DNA of 64,000 nt, taken from Candidatus Omnitrophota bacterium. GTDB lineage: Bacteria > Omnitrophota > Gorgyraeia > 2-01-FULL-45-10. The position numbers were made by a program, and so were the translations under genes. Every line of letters starts with the position of its first letter. Within the stretch, counting starts at the first letter, position 1. A model generated the notes under the pieces. It did no database searches and had not been told where the DNA came from. It saw only the letters and a list, made by a program, of their open reading frames with translations. This document shows positions 11,245 through 21,063 of the stretch, one piece after another. The stretch spans positions 447-64,446 of the forward strand of contig JAPLME010000004.1 in assembly GCA_026387175.1 (NCBI GenBank). The letters run 5' to 3'.

Positions 11245-12344
11245 CAGTCTCCGGAGAGAAACCTAACAGGGGCAGGGAAAAGATAAAGCTTGAACAGGAT
11301 CTGAGCGCTGTCAGCAGGCCCGCCGGAAGGGACAAGGCGCTTATGGCGAGCGAGTCCGAAGAAGACGTTATACTCAATATATCTCTGCGCCCCTCTAAGC
11401 TTAAGGATTTTATCGGCCAGGGCACAGTGGTAGAAAATCTTAAGATATCTCTCGAGGCCGCGAAGAAGCGCGGCGAGCCCATGGAGCACACTCTCCTTTC
11501 GGGCCCTCCCGGGCTCGGCAAGACGTCGCTTGCCAATATCATGGCTCACGAGATGGGGACCCGTATCACTACGACAAGCGGTCCCGCCATAGGAAGGCCC
11601 GGAGATCTTGTGGGCATTCTCACCAATCTCGAAGCCGGGGATATACTGTTCATCGATGAGATACACCGTCTCTCAAGCACCGTAGAGGAATATATCTATC
11701 CGGCGATGGAGAATTTCGAAATAGACGTAATAATGGACAAGGGGCCGTATGCGAAGACTTACAAATTCAACCTGAAACCGTTTACACTGATCGGCGCGAC
11801 TACGCGCGCGGGGCTGTTAACGGCTCCTATGAGATCGCGTTTTGGAATATTATATCACCTGGAATTTTATGACGTCGAGGATCTTGTGAAGATAATAAGC
11901 CGTTCGGCGAAGATCCTGAACATCCCTATCGCGAAACCCGCGGCGGAGGAGCTCGCCAGGCGCGCGAGAGGCACTCCCAGGGTGGCCAATAGGCTGCTGC
12001 GTCGTGTGCGCGACTGGGTACAGGTGAAGAAGGACGGAAATATTACCGGGGACGCGGTAGAGGAAGCGCTCAAGGTGCACGGGATAGACGGGATGGGGCT
12101 TGACAGCGTTGACAGAAAGGTCATAAGCGTTATGCACGAATCGTTTGACGGCGGACCCGTGGGCATAGAGTCGATCGCCGCCACGATGAATGAAGAACCT
12201 GATACGATAGTCGATATAGTGGAGCCGTTCCTTCTGAAGATAGGATTTCTGAAGAGGACGCCGCGCGGAAGGGAGCTCACAAAACAGGCATACGCGCATA
12301 TGGGGTTTAAAAATAAATCCGGGCCCGACAAGGAATTGTTCTGA
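11241..12344 (+). CDS. ruvB: Holliday junction DNA helicase RuvB (start may be 11343)
   Basis: LRP..L..FIGQ, GPPGLGKT, FIDEIHR, GATTRAG, RGTPRVANRLLRRVRD. Confidence 0.97.
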   Translation: MTVSGEKPNRGREKIKLEQDLSAVSRPAGRDKALMASESEEDVILNISLRPSKLKDFIGQGTVVENLKISLEAAKKRGEPMEHTLLSGPPGLGKTSLANIMAHEMGTRITTTSGPAIGRPGDLVGILTNLEAGDILFIDEIHRLSSTVEEYIYPAMENFEIDVIMDKGPYAKTYKFNLKPFTLIGATTRAGLLTAPMRSRFGILYHLEFYDVEDLVKIISRSAKILNIPIAKPAAEELARRARGTPRVANRLLRRVRDWVQVKKDGNITGDAVEEALKVHGIDGMGLDSVDRKVISVMHESFDGGPVGIESIAATMNEEPDTIVDIVEPFLLKIGFLKRTPRGRELTKQAYAHMGFKNKSGPDKELF

Positions 12345-12919
12345 TGGGCGCCGGGATGAACATATTACTGCATATTTGCTGCGCTCCATGTTCCATATAT
12401 CCGATCGCACAGCTTAAGGCAAAGTATCACCGGATCGCAGGATACTTTTACAATCCCAATGTCCATCCTTATTCGGAATACCTTAAAAGAAAAACTGAGG
12501 TCGATAAATATTCGAAAGAGGCCGGCCTGAATACCATTATCGGCGATTACGATCTCGAAAAATACTTCGAATATATAATTTATAACGAGGCATTTAAAAA
12601 GAGGTGTCCCGTCTGCTGGTGGATAAGGCTTGAGATGGCCGCTAAATTCGCGAAAGAGAACGGGTTCGAGGCCTTCACTACGACCCTTCTGGGCAGTCCT
12701 TATCAGGATCACGAGGTTATAAAGAGGATCGGTGATGAGGTGGCTGAAAAGGCCGGGCTCAAATTCTATTACGAAGATTTCAGGCCCGGCTTTAAAAAGT
12801 CGCTGGAAAACGCAAAGGCAAAAGGCATATATTGCCAGAACTATTGCGGCTGCATATTTTCTGAGAAGGAACGCTTAGAGAGGAAAGAAACGGCTAAAGG
12901 CAAGGGAAAGAAGAGATGA
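12344..12919 (+). CDS. queH: epoxyqueuosine reductase QueH (DUF208)
   Basis: LLHICCAPCS, YFYNPNVHP, RC..C, YCQNYCGC.FS. Confidence 0.92.
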   Translation: MGAGMNILLHICCAPCSIYPIAQLKAKYHRIAGYFYNPNVHPYSEYLKRKTEVDKYSKEAGLNTIIGDYDLEKYFEYIIYNEAFKKRCPVCWWIRLEMAAKFAKENGFEAFTTTLLGSPYQDHEVIKRIGDEVAEKAGLKFYYEDFRPGFKKSLENAKAKGIYCQNYCGCIFSEKERLERKETAKGKGKKR

Positions 12920-14082
12920 GAAAGAGAGCGTTTTTTATTCTGGCATATCTATTTGCCATGTTCTGCGCAAGTTCCGCTGTGGCGCTTGATGCCGGGAGCG
13001 ATCCGATAGTCGTGAGAGTTTCGATAATGGATGATAAGGATTCAGTCTACCTGTCTGTGAAGGACGCGTATAAGATTTACGCCATAAATTCCGATAGAGT
13101 CTTAATGAGCGGCCCGCGGCTTGCTACAAATATCTCCGCGACAAAAGACGGGCTCATGGTCGGAGCCAAAGAACTGAAGATGGGCGGGATCAGCGTGAAG
13201 GCCGAGGGCAAGACGAGGATCTATGTCGGCGGCAGGCTATTCAGGGGAGACGTGGACATTATCAGAAAAGAGAATAATAAATTGATGCTGATAAATCACA
13301 TAGGCCTGGAAGATTATCTTTATGGAGTGTTGTACCATGAGGTATCGCACCGCTGGCCCATGGAGGCCTTGAAGTCGCAGGCCATAGCGGCGAGGACCTT
13401 CGCGTTGTATCAGGCCAGGCAGAACAAGATGCAGCCGTATGACCTTCGCAGCGATATATATTCACAGGTGTACGGAGGTTCGACATCGGAGAGATGGTCG
13501 ACAACGATGGCGGTGAATGTCACTAAAGGCAAAATTCTGGTCTACAATGGGGATATCCTGCCGGCCTATTATCATGCGACATGCGCCGGTTCCACCGAGG
13601 ACGCCGCCAATCTATGGAAAGTCGATATCCCGCCGCTAAAAGGGGTGATCTGTAATTTCTGTGTCCGGTCACCGCATTACAAGTGGACGAAGGAGGTCCC
13701 TCTGTGGTCGCTTGAGAACAAACTTCGCGAAAATAGTTATAAGATCGATAAGATTGCGTCGGTCAACATATTATCCAGGAATGAATCGGGAAGGGTGGAC
13801 AAGATGGAGATAAAGGATAGCGCCGGCGTTTCCATTCTGCTCACAGGAAAAGATTTCCGGCAGATAATGGGCCCCAATGAGTTAAGGAGCACCAAATTCG
13901 AGGCATCTATAAAATACGGCAGCCTTATGATCGAAGGCCGCGGATGGGGGCATGGAGTAGGGATGTGCCAGTGGGGAGCTTTTAGCATGGCTTCTCAGGG
14001 TAAAAAAGCGGAAGATATCCTGAAATTTTATTATCCCGGCGCCGAAATCGCTACTATAGACAGCGTAAAGAGCAAGCTATAG
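12916..14082 (+). CDS. SpoIID/LytB domain peptidoglycan lytic transglycosylase
   Basis: Signal peptide; YLYGV..E..W..EALKSQAIAART, SQVYGG, GWGHGVGMCQWGA. Confidence 0.92.
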   Translation: MRKRAFFILAYLFAMFCASSAVALDAGSDPIVVRVSIMDDKDSVYLSVKDAYKIYAINSDRVLMSGPRLATNISATKDGLMVGAKELKMGGISVKAEGKTRIYVGGRLFRGDVDIIRKENNKLMLINHIGLEDYLYGVLYHEVSHRWPMEALKSQAIAARTFALYQARQNKMQPYDLRSDIYSQVYGGSTSERWSTTMAVNVTKGKILVYNGDILPAYYHATCAGSTEDAANLWKVDIPPLKGVICNFCVRSPHYKWTKEVPLWSLENKLRENSYKIDKIASVNILSRNESGRVDKMEIKDSAGVSILLTGKDFRQIMGPNELRSTKFEASIKYGSLMIEGRGWGHGVGMCQWGAFSMASQGKKAEDILKFYYPGAEIATIDSVKSKL

Positions 14083-14087
14083 AGATA

Positions 14088-14615
14088 ATGAAATCTCTTC
14101 CCGCCAGAAATTATTTTAAAACAGCGATAGCCCTTCTTGTTGTTATCCCAATCGCAGCATATCTGTATATAGCGGTTAAACAGAGCTTCAACAGGCGAAA
14201 TCCTATCGAGCTTTACGAGAGGAAATTGAAAGCCGCTCCCGAAAGCGTGAAGGCCAATAATGACATGGCCGTGGCTTATGAGAAGAAAGGCATGCACGAT
14301 AAAGCGATAAGCGTATATAACCGGATGTTGACTAAAGATTCGAACAATCCCGACCTGTATGTGAACCTCGCCGCCATTCAGATAAAAAAACGAAATCCCG
14401 AATCGGCTATAGCCTTGTGCGAAAAAGCCATAGAGCTGGAACCTGGCAATGCCACCGCTCATAACAATCTCGCCGTAGCTTATTACCTTCAAGGCGATTA
14501 CGAACTCGCTATAGAGCAATGCGATCTCGCCATCAAGTATGGCTACAAGGTAAAGTCCGAACTCCTCAATCTCCTTAAACCATACCGGGAGCAAGAAGAA
14601 ACGAATGAACATTGA
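14088..14615 (+). CDS. membrane-anchored TPR protein
   Basis: N-terminal TM helix followed by about three TPRs (AHNNLAVAYY etc.). Confidence 0.85.
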   Translation: MKSLPARNYFKTAIALLVVIPIAAYLYIAVKQSFNRRNPIELYERKLKAAPESVKANNDMAVAYEKKGMHDKAISVYNRMLTKDSNNPDLYVNLAAIQIKKRNPESAIALCEKAIELEPGNATAHNNLAVAYYLQGDYELAIEQCDLAIKYGYKVKSELLNLLKPYREQEETNEH

Positions 14616-16311
14616 TAAATTGAACGAGCTGCTCCTTACCGTGCAGAAGCCCGGCAGGTATGTCGGCGGAGAATGGAACGTTGCCAGGAAGGAGTGGACC
14701 GACGATAAGGTAAAGGTGCTGCTGGCGTTCCCCGACGCCTATGAAGTGGGGATGAGCTACCTCGGCATCAAGATACTTTACGGTATCCTGAATAACCGTT
14801 CCGACTGCCTGTGCGAACGTGTCTTCTCGCCATGGATCGATTTTGAGGAGGTCCTCAGAAAAAATCATATAAGCCTCTTCAGCCTGGAATCGCGCAAACC
14901 GATAAAAGAGTTCGATATAATAGGGATAAGCCTGGCCTATGAGTTGTGTTACACGAACGTATTGAATCTACTGGACCTGGGGGGCATCCCTCTGAGGAGC
15001 GCGGAGAGAACCGACTCGGACCCGCTGGTAATCGCCGGCGGACCATCCTGTTATAATCCTGAGCCGATGGCGGAGTTCATCGACGCTTTTTTAATAGGCG
15101 ACGGAGAAGACGCTATAAGCGAGATAGTGGATATATATAAAAAACTGCGCTTATCCGGAAACCGGTCCCGAAAAGATGTCTTGAGGGAGATGGCCAACAT
15201 AAAAGGTGTTTATGTTCCCTTCCTCTACAGAGTTGATTACAACGAAGACGGCACGATTGAAAGTTTTGAACCTTGCGAGAAGGGCATTCCGGAAAAAATT
15301 GAAAAAAGGATAGTCAGGGACCTGGACAAGGCCTTCTATCCCGTAGATCAGATAGTGCCGAATATCGGTATAATACACGACCGCGCCGCTATAGAGATCA
15401 TGAGGGGGTGTAAGCATGCCTGCAAGTTTTGCCAGGCCACGATTGCGTACAGACCGGTGCGGGAGCGTTCGCGAAATACTATTTTAGAACTTGCTAAAAA
15501 GACACACAGCTCGACCGGGTACGATGAAATATCCCTCTTATCGTTATCGAGCGTGGACCATTCCGAACTTCACGATACTATCAGGGATCTCAATAAAGAG
15601 TTTTGCCGTAATGCCGTGTCGCTTTCTATTCCGTCGCTTCGCATAGAGGATTCACTTAAGGATTTACCGGCGCTGATATCGGAAATAAAAAAAACCGGGC
15701 TCACATTCGCGCCGGAGGCAGGAAGCGACAGCCTTAGAAAATCACTTAACAAGAATATAAAGATAGAGAGGCTGTTCGAGGCCGCGTCAGAGTCGTTTAG
15801 AAAAGGCTGGCGCAAAGTCAAGCTGTACTTCATGATAGGGCTTCCGGGCGAGACCGAAGAAGATCTGGCCGGTATAACCGATCTGATGCGCAAGATCTCA
15901 AATCTTAAGAAAGAGATCGACGGCCATCCGGCCCAGATAACGGCGAGCATTAATGCGTTCGTGCCGAAACCTCATACGTTCTTTGAGCGTTCGGCAATGG
16001 CGGATGTTGAGTCGCTGGAGAAGAAGAGAGAGATTCTGCGGAGCGGTTTTCGGTCTAAGCTGATCGACCTGGATTTCCATTCATTCAACAGAAGTTATCT
16101 TGAAGCGATACTGACCAGGGGAGACAGAAGGCTGGCGAATGTCATATATGAGTCCTGGCGCTCAGGCGCGAGATTTGACGGGTGGCAGGAACTTTTTAGA
16201 TTCGAGACCTGGTTATCATCGCTTAAAGAACTTGGAATAGACGGATCGTTTTATGCCTTGAGGGCCAGAAAAGAAAATGAGCTGCTGCCATGGGATTTTA
16301 TCGAAATTTGA
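14605..16311 (+). CDS. TIGR03960-family radical SAM protein
   Basis: VQKPGRYVGGEWN, FPDAYEVGMS.LG, CERVF.PW, CxxxCxxC (CKHACKFC), LPWD C-terminus. Confidence 0.92.
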   Translation: MNIDKLNELLLTVQKPGRYVGGEWNVARKEWTDDKVKVLLAFPDAYEVGMSYLGIKILYGILNNRSDCLCERVFSPWIDFEEVLRKNHISLFSLESRKPIKEFDIIGISLAYELCYTNVLNLLDLGGIPLRSAERTDSDPLVIAGGPSCYNPEPMAEFIDAFLIGDGEDAISEIVDIYKKLRLSGNRSRKDVLREMANIKGVYVPFLYRVDYNEDGTIESFEPCEKGIPEKIEKRIVRDLDKAFYPVDQIVPNIGIIHDRAAIEIMRGCKHACKFCQATIAYRPVRERSRNTILELAKKTHSSTGYDEISLLSLSSVDHSELHDTIRDLNKEFCRNAVSLSIPSLRIEDSLKDLPALISEIKKTGLTFAPEAGSDSLRKSLNKNIKIERLFEAASESFRKGWRKVKLYFMIGLPGETEEDLAGITDLMRKISNLKKEIDGHPAQITASINAFVPKPHTFFERSAMADVESLEKKREILRSGFRSKLIDLDFHSFNRSYLEAILTRGDRRLANVIYESWRSGARFDGWQELFRFETWLSSLKELGIDGSFYALRARKENELLPWDFIEI

Positions 16312-16336
16312 CAAAAGGATATCCTTATAGTATACT
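16308..16336 (+). promoter_or_regulatory. sigma70 promoter of the type IV pilus operon
   Basis: TTGACA-17 nt-TATACT; spacer contains the palindrome AAGGATATCCTT. Confidence 0.75.
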
Positions 16337-16391
16337 TTGGTCAATATAATATATAACGATATTATTGCCAATATACGGGAGGGAGATAACG

Positions 16392-17777
16392 ATGGCCACC
16401 CTTAAGGGGTTGTTTATAAGCAGCAAAGGCTTAAGGCACAAACTTATGGTTGCGTTCAGCCTGATGACCATCATACCTCTTCTGGCCTGTGTATACCTGC
16501 TTTCCCCATATCTGAATCCCGGATTTCAGAACCTTGTAAATCTCGCTGTAATAATCTTAGCGTCGCTGGTCATTTCGATCCTGGGCCTTATCATTGCCGG
16601 AAGCATCATAAACGCTGTCGTCGAACTTTCTGCTGAAACAAAAAAGATATCCGCCGGCGACTACGACAGGCGCATAGACATACCGGGTGACGACGAACTC
16701 GGTAATCTCGGCCAGTCGATTAATATGATGACCAGGAGGATAAAATCCAACCTGGATGAACTGAAGAACTACGGGCAGAGCATGAAAGCGATAAACGCGG
16801 AGATACAGAAGAAAGTGACCGCGCTTTCGAGCTTGTTGCAGATAGATGAAGTGATTTCGGCCGGTTCGCTGCAGATAGATTCGCTTTTGGAGCTTGGGGT
16901 GGGCAAAGCATCCGGTATGTTCGATATGGGTTTCGGCGCTCTGTATATGTCCAGGGAAGAGGACGGGGATTTTATCGCGAAAGTGTGCTATAACGCCGAT
17001 AAGGAGAAGCTTGCGGAGATCGTAATAAGAAGAGGCGGTCATGGCGTCCTGGAGAAAGCTATCGAAAATAAGAAGATGTTCCAGGTCACTGATGGTATGA
17101 AGCTTCCTGATGATCTGGATGATTTTAAGAGAGCGCATAATCTGAAGAATTTTATTGTGATCCCGTTGTATTCCGACAGGATAGCGTTCGGGCTTCTTTT
17201 GCTTGGTAATCGTCTGAGTGATTTCAGCTACACCAGCGATGATATTGAACTAGCTACGGTATTCGCCAAACATATCACGATCGCCATCGAAAGCGACCTG
17301 TTGGAAAAGAAGAACAAAGAGCTTGCCATAATGGACGACCTGACAGGGCTGTATAACAAGCGTTATCTGCTTATACGGCTCGAAGAAGAGATAAAGAGGT
17401 CCATATTTTATCAGAGACCCTGCGCGTTCATAGTCTTCAGGGTGGATAATTTCAGGGCATTCCGCGAAACAAACGGCGAGCTGGCTTCGGAAGAGGCTCT
17501 TAAACGTATAGCCAAGGTCATAAGGGACAATAATATTCCGGTTGGCAGGGCCGCGCGTATAGGGGGAAGTGAGTTTGCTATGCTCCTTCCTGAGAAGAAT
17601 AAAAAAGAGGCCACCCGCATCGCCGAAGATGTACGCAGGAAGATTGAAAACGTCAATGTGCTGAAAGCGGGTAAGGTCAGCCTTGAGGTGAAGATGGGCT
17701 TGAGCGAAAACCCGATAGACGGCGCGACGAGCGAAGAGCTATTTAAAAAAGCTGTGGCTTCATTGGAAAAAGAATGA
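16392..17777 (+). CDS. membrane HAMP-GAF-GGDEF protein with degenerate GGSEF
   Basis: Two TM, HAMP (DELGNLGQSINMM), GAF, DDLTGLYN, ARIGGSEF. Confidence 0.88.
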   Translation: MATLKGLFISSKGLRHKLMVAFSLMTIIPLLACVYLLSPYLNPGFQNLVNLAVIILASLVISILGLIIAGSIINAVVELSAETKKISAGDYDRRIDIPGDDELGNLGQSINMMTRRIKSNLDELKNYGQSMKAINAEIQKKVTALSSLLQIDEVISAGSLQIDSLLELGVGKASGMFDMGFGALYMSREEDGDFIAKVCYNADKEKLAEIVIRRGGHGVLEKAIENKKMFQVTDGMKLPDDLDDFKRAHNLKNFIVIPLYSDRIAFGLLLLGNRLSDFSYTSDDIELATVFAKHITIAIESDLLEKKNKELAIMDDLTGLYNKRYLLIRLEEEIKRSIFYQRPCAFIVFRVDNFRAFRETNGELASEEALKRIAKVIRDNNIPVGRAARIGGSEFAMLLPEKNKKEATRIAEDVRRKIENVNVLKAGKVSLEVKMGLSENPIDGATSEELFKKAVASLEKE

Positions 17778-17789
17778 AAGGAATATTAA

Positions 17790-18854
17790 ATGCCTCATAA
17801 TATGAAAGACCTCTTAAGCCTGATGGTTCAGAAGAGCGCCTCAGATCTTCATATAACCTCCGGGTCTCCGGTCCATTTAAGGGTGGACGAGAACCTTATT
17901 CCCGTGGACCGGAATATTTTGTCCGATAATGATACGAAGGCCCTTGTCTTCAGTATGCTGACCGAAACGCAGATAGAAAAATTTGAGCGGGAGCTGGAGC
18001 TCGATGTGGCGTTCAGCATGGAAGATTTTGGCCGATTCAGGGTTAACGTTTTTAAGCAGAGGGGCTCAGTCGCCTCATCAATAAGGCTCATACCCGGTAA
18101 TTTATGGTCTTTCGAAAAGTGTGGCTTGCCGGCGGATGTGGCGATCGACCTTTGCAACAGGCCCAAAGGCCTTGTGCTGATCACGGGCTCGACGGGAAGC
18201 GGTAAGTCCACAAGCCTTGCCTCGATGATAGACTGGATAAACACTAACCGCTCATGCCATATTGTTACGATCGAGGACCCTGTGGAATTTGTTCATAAGA
18301 ATAAGAAGTCGATAGTCAATCAGCGCGAAGTATACAGCGATACGCACTCTTTCAACGCTTCGCTGAAACATATTTTAAGGCAGGACCCGGACGTTATCCT
18401 GATAGGAGAGATGAGGGACCTGGAGACGATCGAGTCGGCTTTAATAATCGCCGAAACGGGCCACCTGGTTTTCGCGACTCTGCATACGTCAGACTGCGTC
18501 CAGACCATTAACAGGATTGTAGATGTCTTCCCCTCTCATCAGCAGGAACAGACACGTACTCAGCTTTCGTTTGTTCTGGTCGGGGTCCTGTCCCAGCAGC
18601 TTATTCCTAAAGCGGAAGGGCCGGGACGTGTATTGGCTACCGAAATCCTTATGGTGACGCCTCCGGTGCGCAGCATGATAAGGGAATCGAAGGCGCACCA
18701 GCTGTATTCTGTGATACAGACGTCGAAGAAAGAGGGTATGAAGACGATGAACCAGTCTCTCTATGAGCTTTATAGCAAGAAGCTGATCACTTATGAAGAA
18801 GCTTTCGACCGATCCACGGATATCGAGGATCTAGGAAGGCTGTTTAAAAAATAG
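17790..18854 (+). CDS. pilT: type IV pilus retraction ATPase PilT
   Basis: ASDLHI, GSTGSGKST, TIEDPVE, LRQDPD.ILIGEMRD, AETGHLVFATLHT, VRSMIRE. Confidence 0.95.
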   Translation: MPHNMKDLLSLMVQKSASDLHITSGSPVHLRVDENLIPVDRNILSDNDTKALVFSMLTETQIEKFERELELDVAFSMEDFGRFRVNVFKQRGSVASSIRLIPGNLWSFEKCGLPADVAIDLCNRPKGLVLITGSTGSGKSTSLASMIDWINTNRSCHIVTIEDPVEFVHKNKKSIVNQREVYSDTHSFNASLKHILRQDPDVILIGEMRDLETIESALIIAETGHLVFATLHTSDCVQTINRIVDVFPSHQQEQTRTQLSFVLVGVLSQQLIPKAEGPGRVLATEILMVTPPVRSMIRESKAHQLYSVIQTSKKEGMKTMNQSLYELYSKKLITYEEAFDRSTDIEDLGRLFKK

Positions 18855-18870
18855 AAATATAAGAAAGCCA

Positions 18871-19320
18871 ATGTCCAACGCTAAGAGAGTCGTATCTAAA
18901 CAATTGGGCGAGCTTTTGCTGGAGCGGGGCGTGATCAGCGAAGAACAGCTGAATAAAGCCCTGAAGGCCCAGGAGATTAACGGAGGCCTGATAGGTTATA
19001 TCCTTGTTTCGCTGGGTTACGCAAAAGAAGAGGAGATAGCTCAGGCGCTTACCGTGCAGTATGGTTTTCCGTATTTACCGCTTGAGTATTATGAGATAAA
19101 TACTGAGGCGATGAAGCTGATACCGCGGAACGTCGCCGAACAATACAATCTTATTGCGATAGATAAGATGGGCAACCTGTTGACTATAGCTATGTCGAAC
19201 CCCCTGAATGCTCAGGCGGTAGAGGATATTGAAATGATATCGAATTGCACGGTGCAGGTATTCGTGAGCACGATGTCCGACGTAACTAACGCGATAACCA
19301 AATACTACCAGAAAAAATAA
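18871..19320 (+). CDS. stand-alone MshEN/T2SSE N-terminal domain protein
   Basis: QLGELLLERGVISEEQLNKALKAQ...LIGYILVSLGY tandem motif plus IAMSNP; no ATPase domain. Confidence 0.88.
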   Translation: MSNAKRVVSKQLGELLLERGVISEEQLNKALKAQEINGGLIGYILVSLGYAKEEEIAQALTVQYGFPYLPLEYYEINTEAMKLIPRNVAEQYNLIAIDKMGNLLTIAMSNPLNAQAVEDIEMISNCTVQVFVSTMSDVTNAITKYYQKK

Positions 19321-19328
19321 TCCTTTAA

Positions 19329-21062
19329 ATGACGCCCGGACTAAAAGAGAAACTTACAAAGATCCTGATAGATAAGAACCTCATAAAAGAGGATGACCTT
19401 CAGAAGGCCCTCGCGCTGCAGAAGGAAAAGGGCGGATCTTTAAGCGACGTGCTGATAGCCCTCAAGCTGATATCGAAGAATGACCTGATGATGGTAATCA
19501 GCGAGCATCTGGGTATCCCGCCCATAAATCTGAGCCGTTTTAAGATAGATCCCGCAGTTCTTAAACTTGTTTCCAGAAAAACCGCAAAGCATTATAAGAT
19601 AATGCCGATCGCTAAGATGGGTAATGTGCTGACGCTTGCTATAGCGGACCCTCTTAATATATTTGCCATCGATGATATAAAAGCCCTTACAGGGTTTAAG
19701 ATAGCCCCTATAGTTACTACCGAAAACGATATAAATTACGCTATAGGCCACTATTATGAGGAAGATACCTATGCCGCTATAGACAAGATAGTCACCGGTA
19801 TAAAAGGCGCTGATGGGGACGTGAAATTCATGGATGGCGCCGGCTCAGACGTCGGTGTGGAAGACATGACGGAGATCGCGCAGGAAGTTCCTGTAGTGAA
19901 GATAACGAATATGCTTGTCGCCGAGGGTCTAAAGATGCGCGCCAGCGATATACTTATCGAGCCGATGGAAAGAGAGCTGCGTGTCAGGTACAGGGTCGAC
20001 GGCATTTTGCAGGAGGGGCGAAGGCCCCCGAAGGTATTGCATAGCTCTATCGTGTCCAGGCTAAAGATTATATCGGATCTTGATATCGCGGAGCACCGCT
20101 TGCCCCAAGACGGCAGGTTTAAGATTAAGGTGTCCGGAAGGGAGGTCGACTTCAGGATATCGATCCTGCCATCGCGTATGGGAGAGAAGGTCGCGATCAG
20201 GATACTGGATAAGGCTCAGGCTACACTTGATATAAATAAACTTGGGATCGACCCGATATCCCTCGACAAGATAAAGAAATCAGCCGAGAGGCCGCATGGC
20301 ATGATACTCGTCTGTGGTCCGACGGGATGCGGAAAAACCACAACCCTCTATTCGATACTGCAGCTTATAAATTATCCGACGGACAACATAGTGACTGTCG
20401 AGGACCCGGTAGAGTATCTCATAGAAGGCATAAGCCAGGTGACCGCGCGGCCTGAAATAGGCCTCACCTTCGCCGCCGCGCTTCGTTCGATATTGAGACA
20501 GGACCCCGACTCAATAATGATAGGCGAAATACGTGATTTCGAAACCGTAGACATAGCTATAAAAGCGGCCCTTACGGGGCACCTCGTCTTAAGCACGCTG
20601 CATACGACGACGGCAACGGGCTCAATCATAAGGCTTGTCAATATGGGCCTTGAACCGTTCCTGATAGCGTCATCCCTGATAATGGTGGCCGCGCAGCGGC
20701 TTGTCCGAAAGATATGCCCCGGCTGCAAAGAGTCTTACGATCTCGATAAGGATATTGCCAGAAAAATCAACCTGGCGCCGGCATCCGGTAAAATTACTCT
20801 GTATCGGGGCAAGGGATGCCCTGACTGTCTGGGGACGGGATACAAGGGCCGGACCGCGTTGATAGAGGTCCTTATGCTTACTCCGAAGATAAAAGAGCTG
20901 GTCCTGGCAGGCGAGCAGGAGCATATTATAAGGGAAGCGGCAAGGCGCGAGGGCATGAAGACGCTTCGCGAAAATGGAATACAGAACGTGCTCGACGGTA
21001 TAACTACCCTCGACGAGGTAGTGCGCGTTACTGTCGGCGATCAGGACATGGATACGGTATAA
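19329..21062 (+). CDS. pilB: type IV pilus assembly ATPase PilB (copy 1)
   Basis: ASDILIEP, RLPQDGR, GPTGCGKTTT, LRQDPD, CPGC...CPDC zinc motif. Confidence 0.92.
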   Translation: MTPGLKEKLTKILIDKNLIKEDDLQKALALQKEKGGSLSDVLIALKLISKNDLMMVISEHLGIPPINLSRFKIDPAVLKLVSRKTAKHYKIMPIAKMGNVLTLAIADPLNIFAIDDIKALTGFKIAPIVTTENDINYAIGHYYEEDTYAAIDKIVTGIKGADGDVKFMDGAGSDVGVEDMTEIAQEVPVVKITNMLVAEGLKMRASDILIEPMERELRVRYRVDGILQEGRRPPKVLHSSIVSRLKIISDLDIAEHRLPQDGRFKIKVSGREVDFRISILPSRMGEKVAIRILDKAQATLDINKLGIDPISLDKIKKSAERPHGMILVCGPTGCGKTTTLYSILQLINYPTDNIVTVEDPVEYLIEGISQVTARPEIGLTFAAALRSILRQDPDSIMIGEIRDFETVDIAIKAALTGHLVLSTLHTTTATGSIIRLVNMGLEPFLIASSLIMVAAQRLVRKICPGCKESYDLDKDIARKINLAPASGKITLYRGKGCPDCLGTGYKGRTALIEVLMLTPKIKELVLAGEQEHIIREAARREGMKTLRENGIQNVLDGITTLDEVVRVTVGDQDMDTV

Positions 21063-21063
21063 A

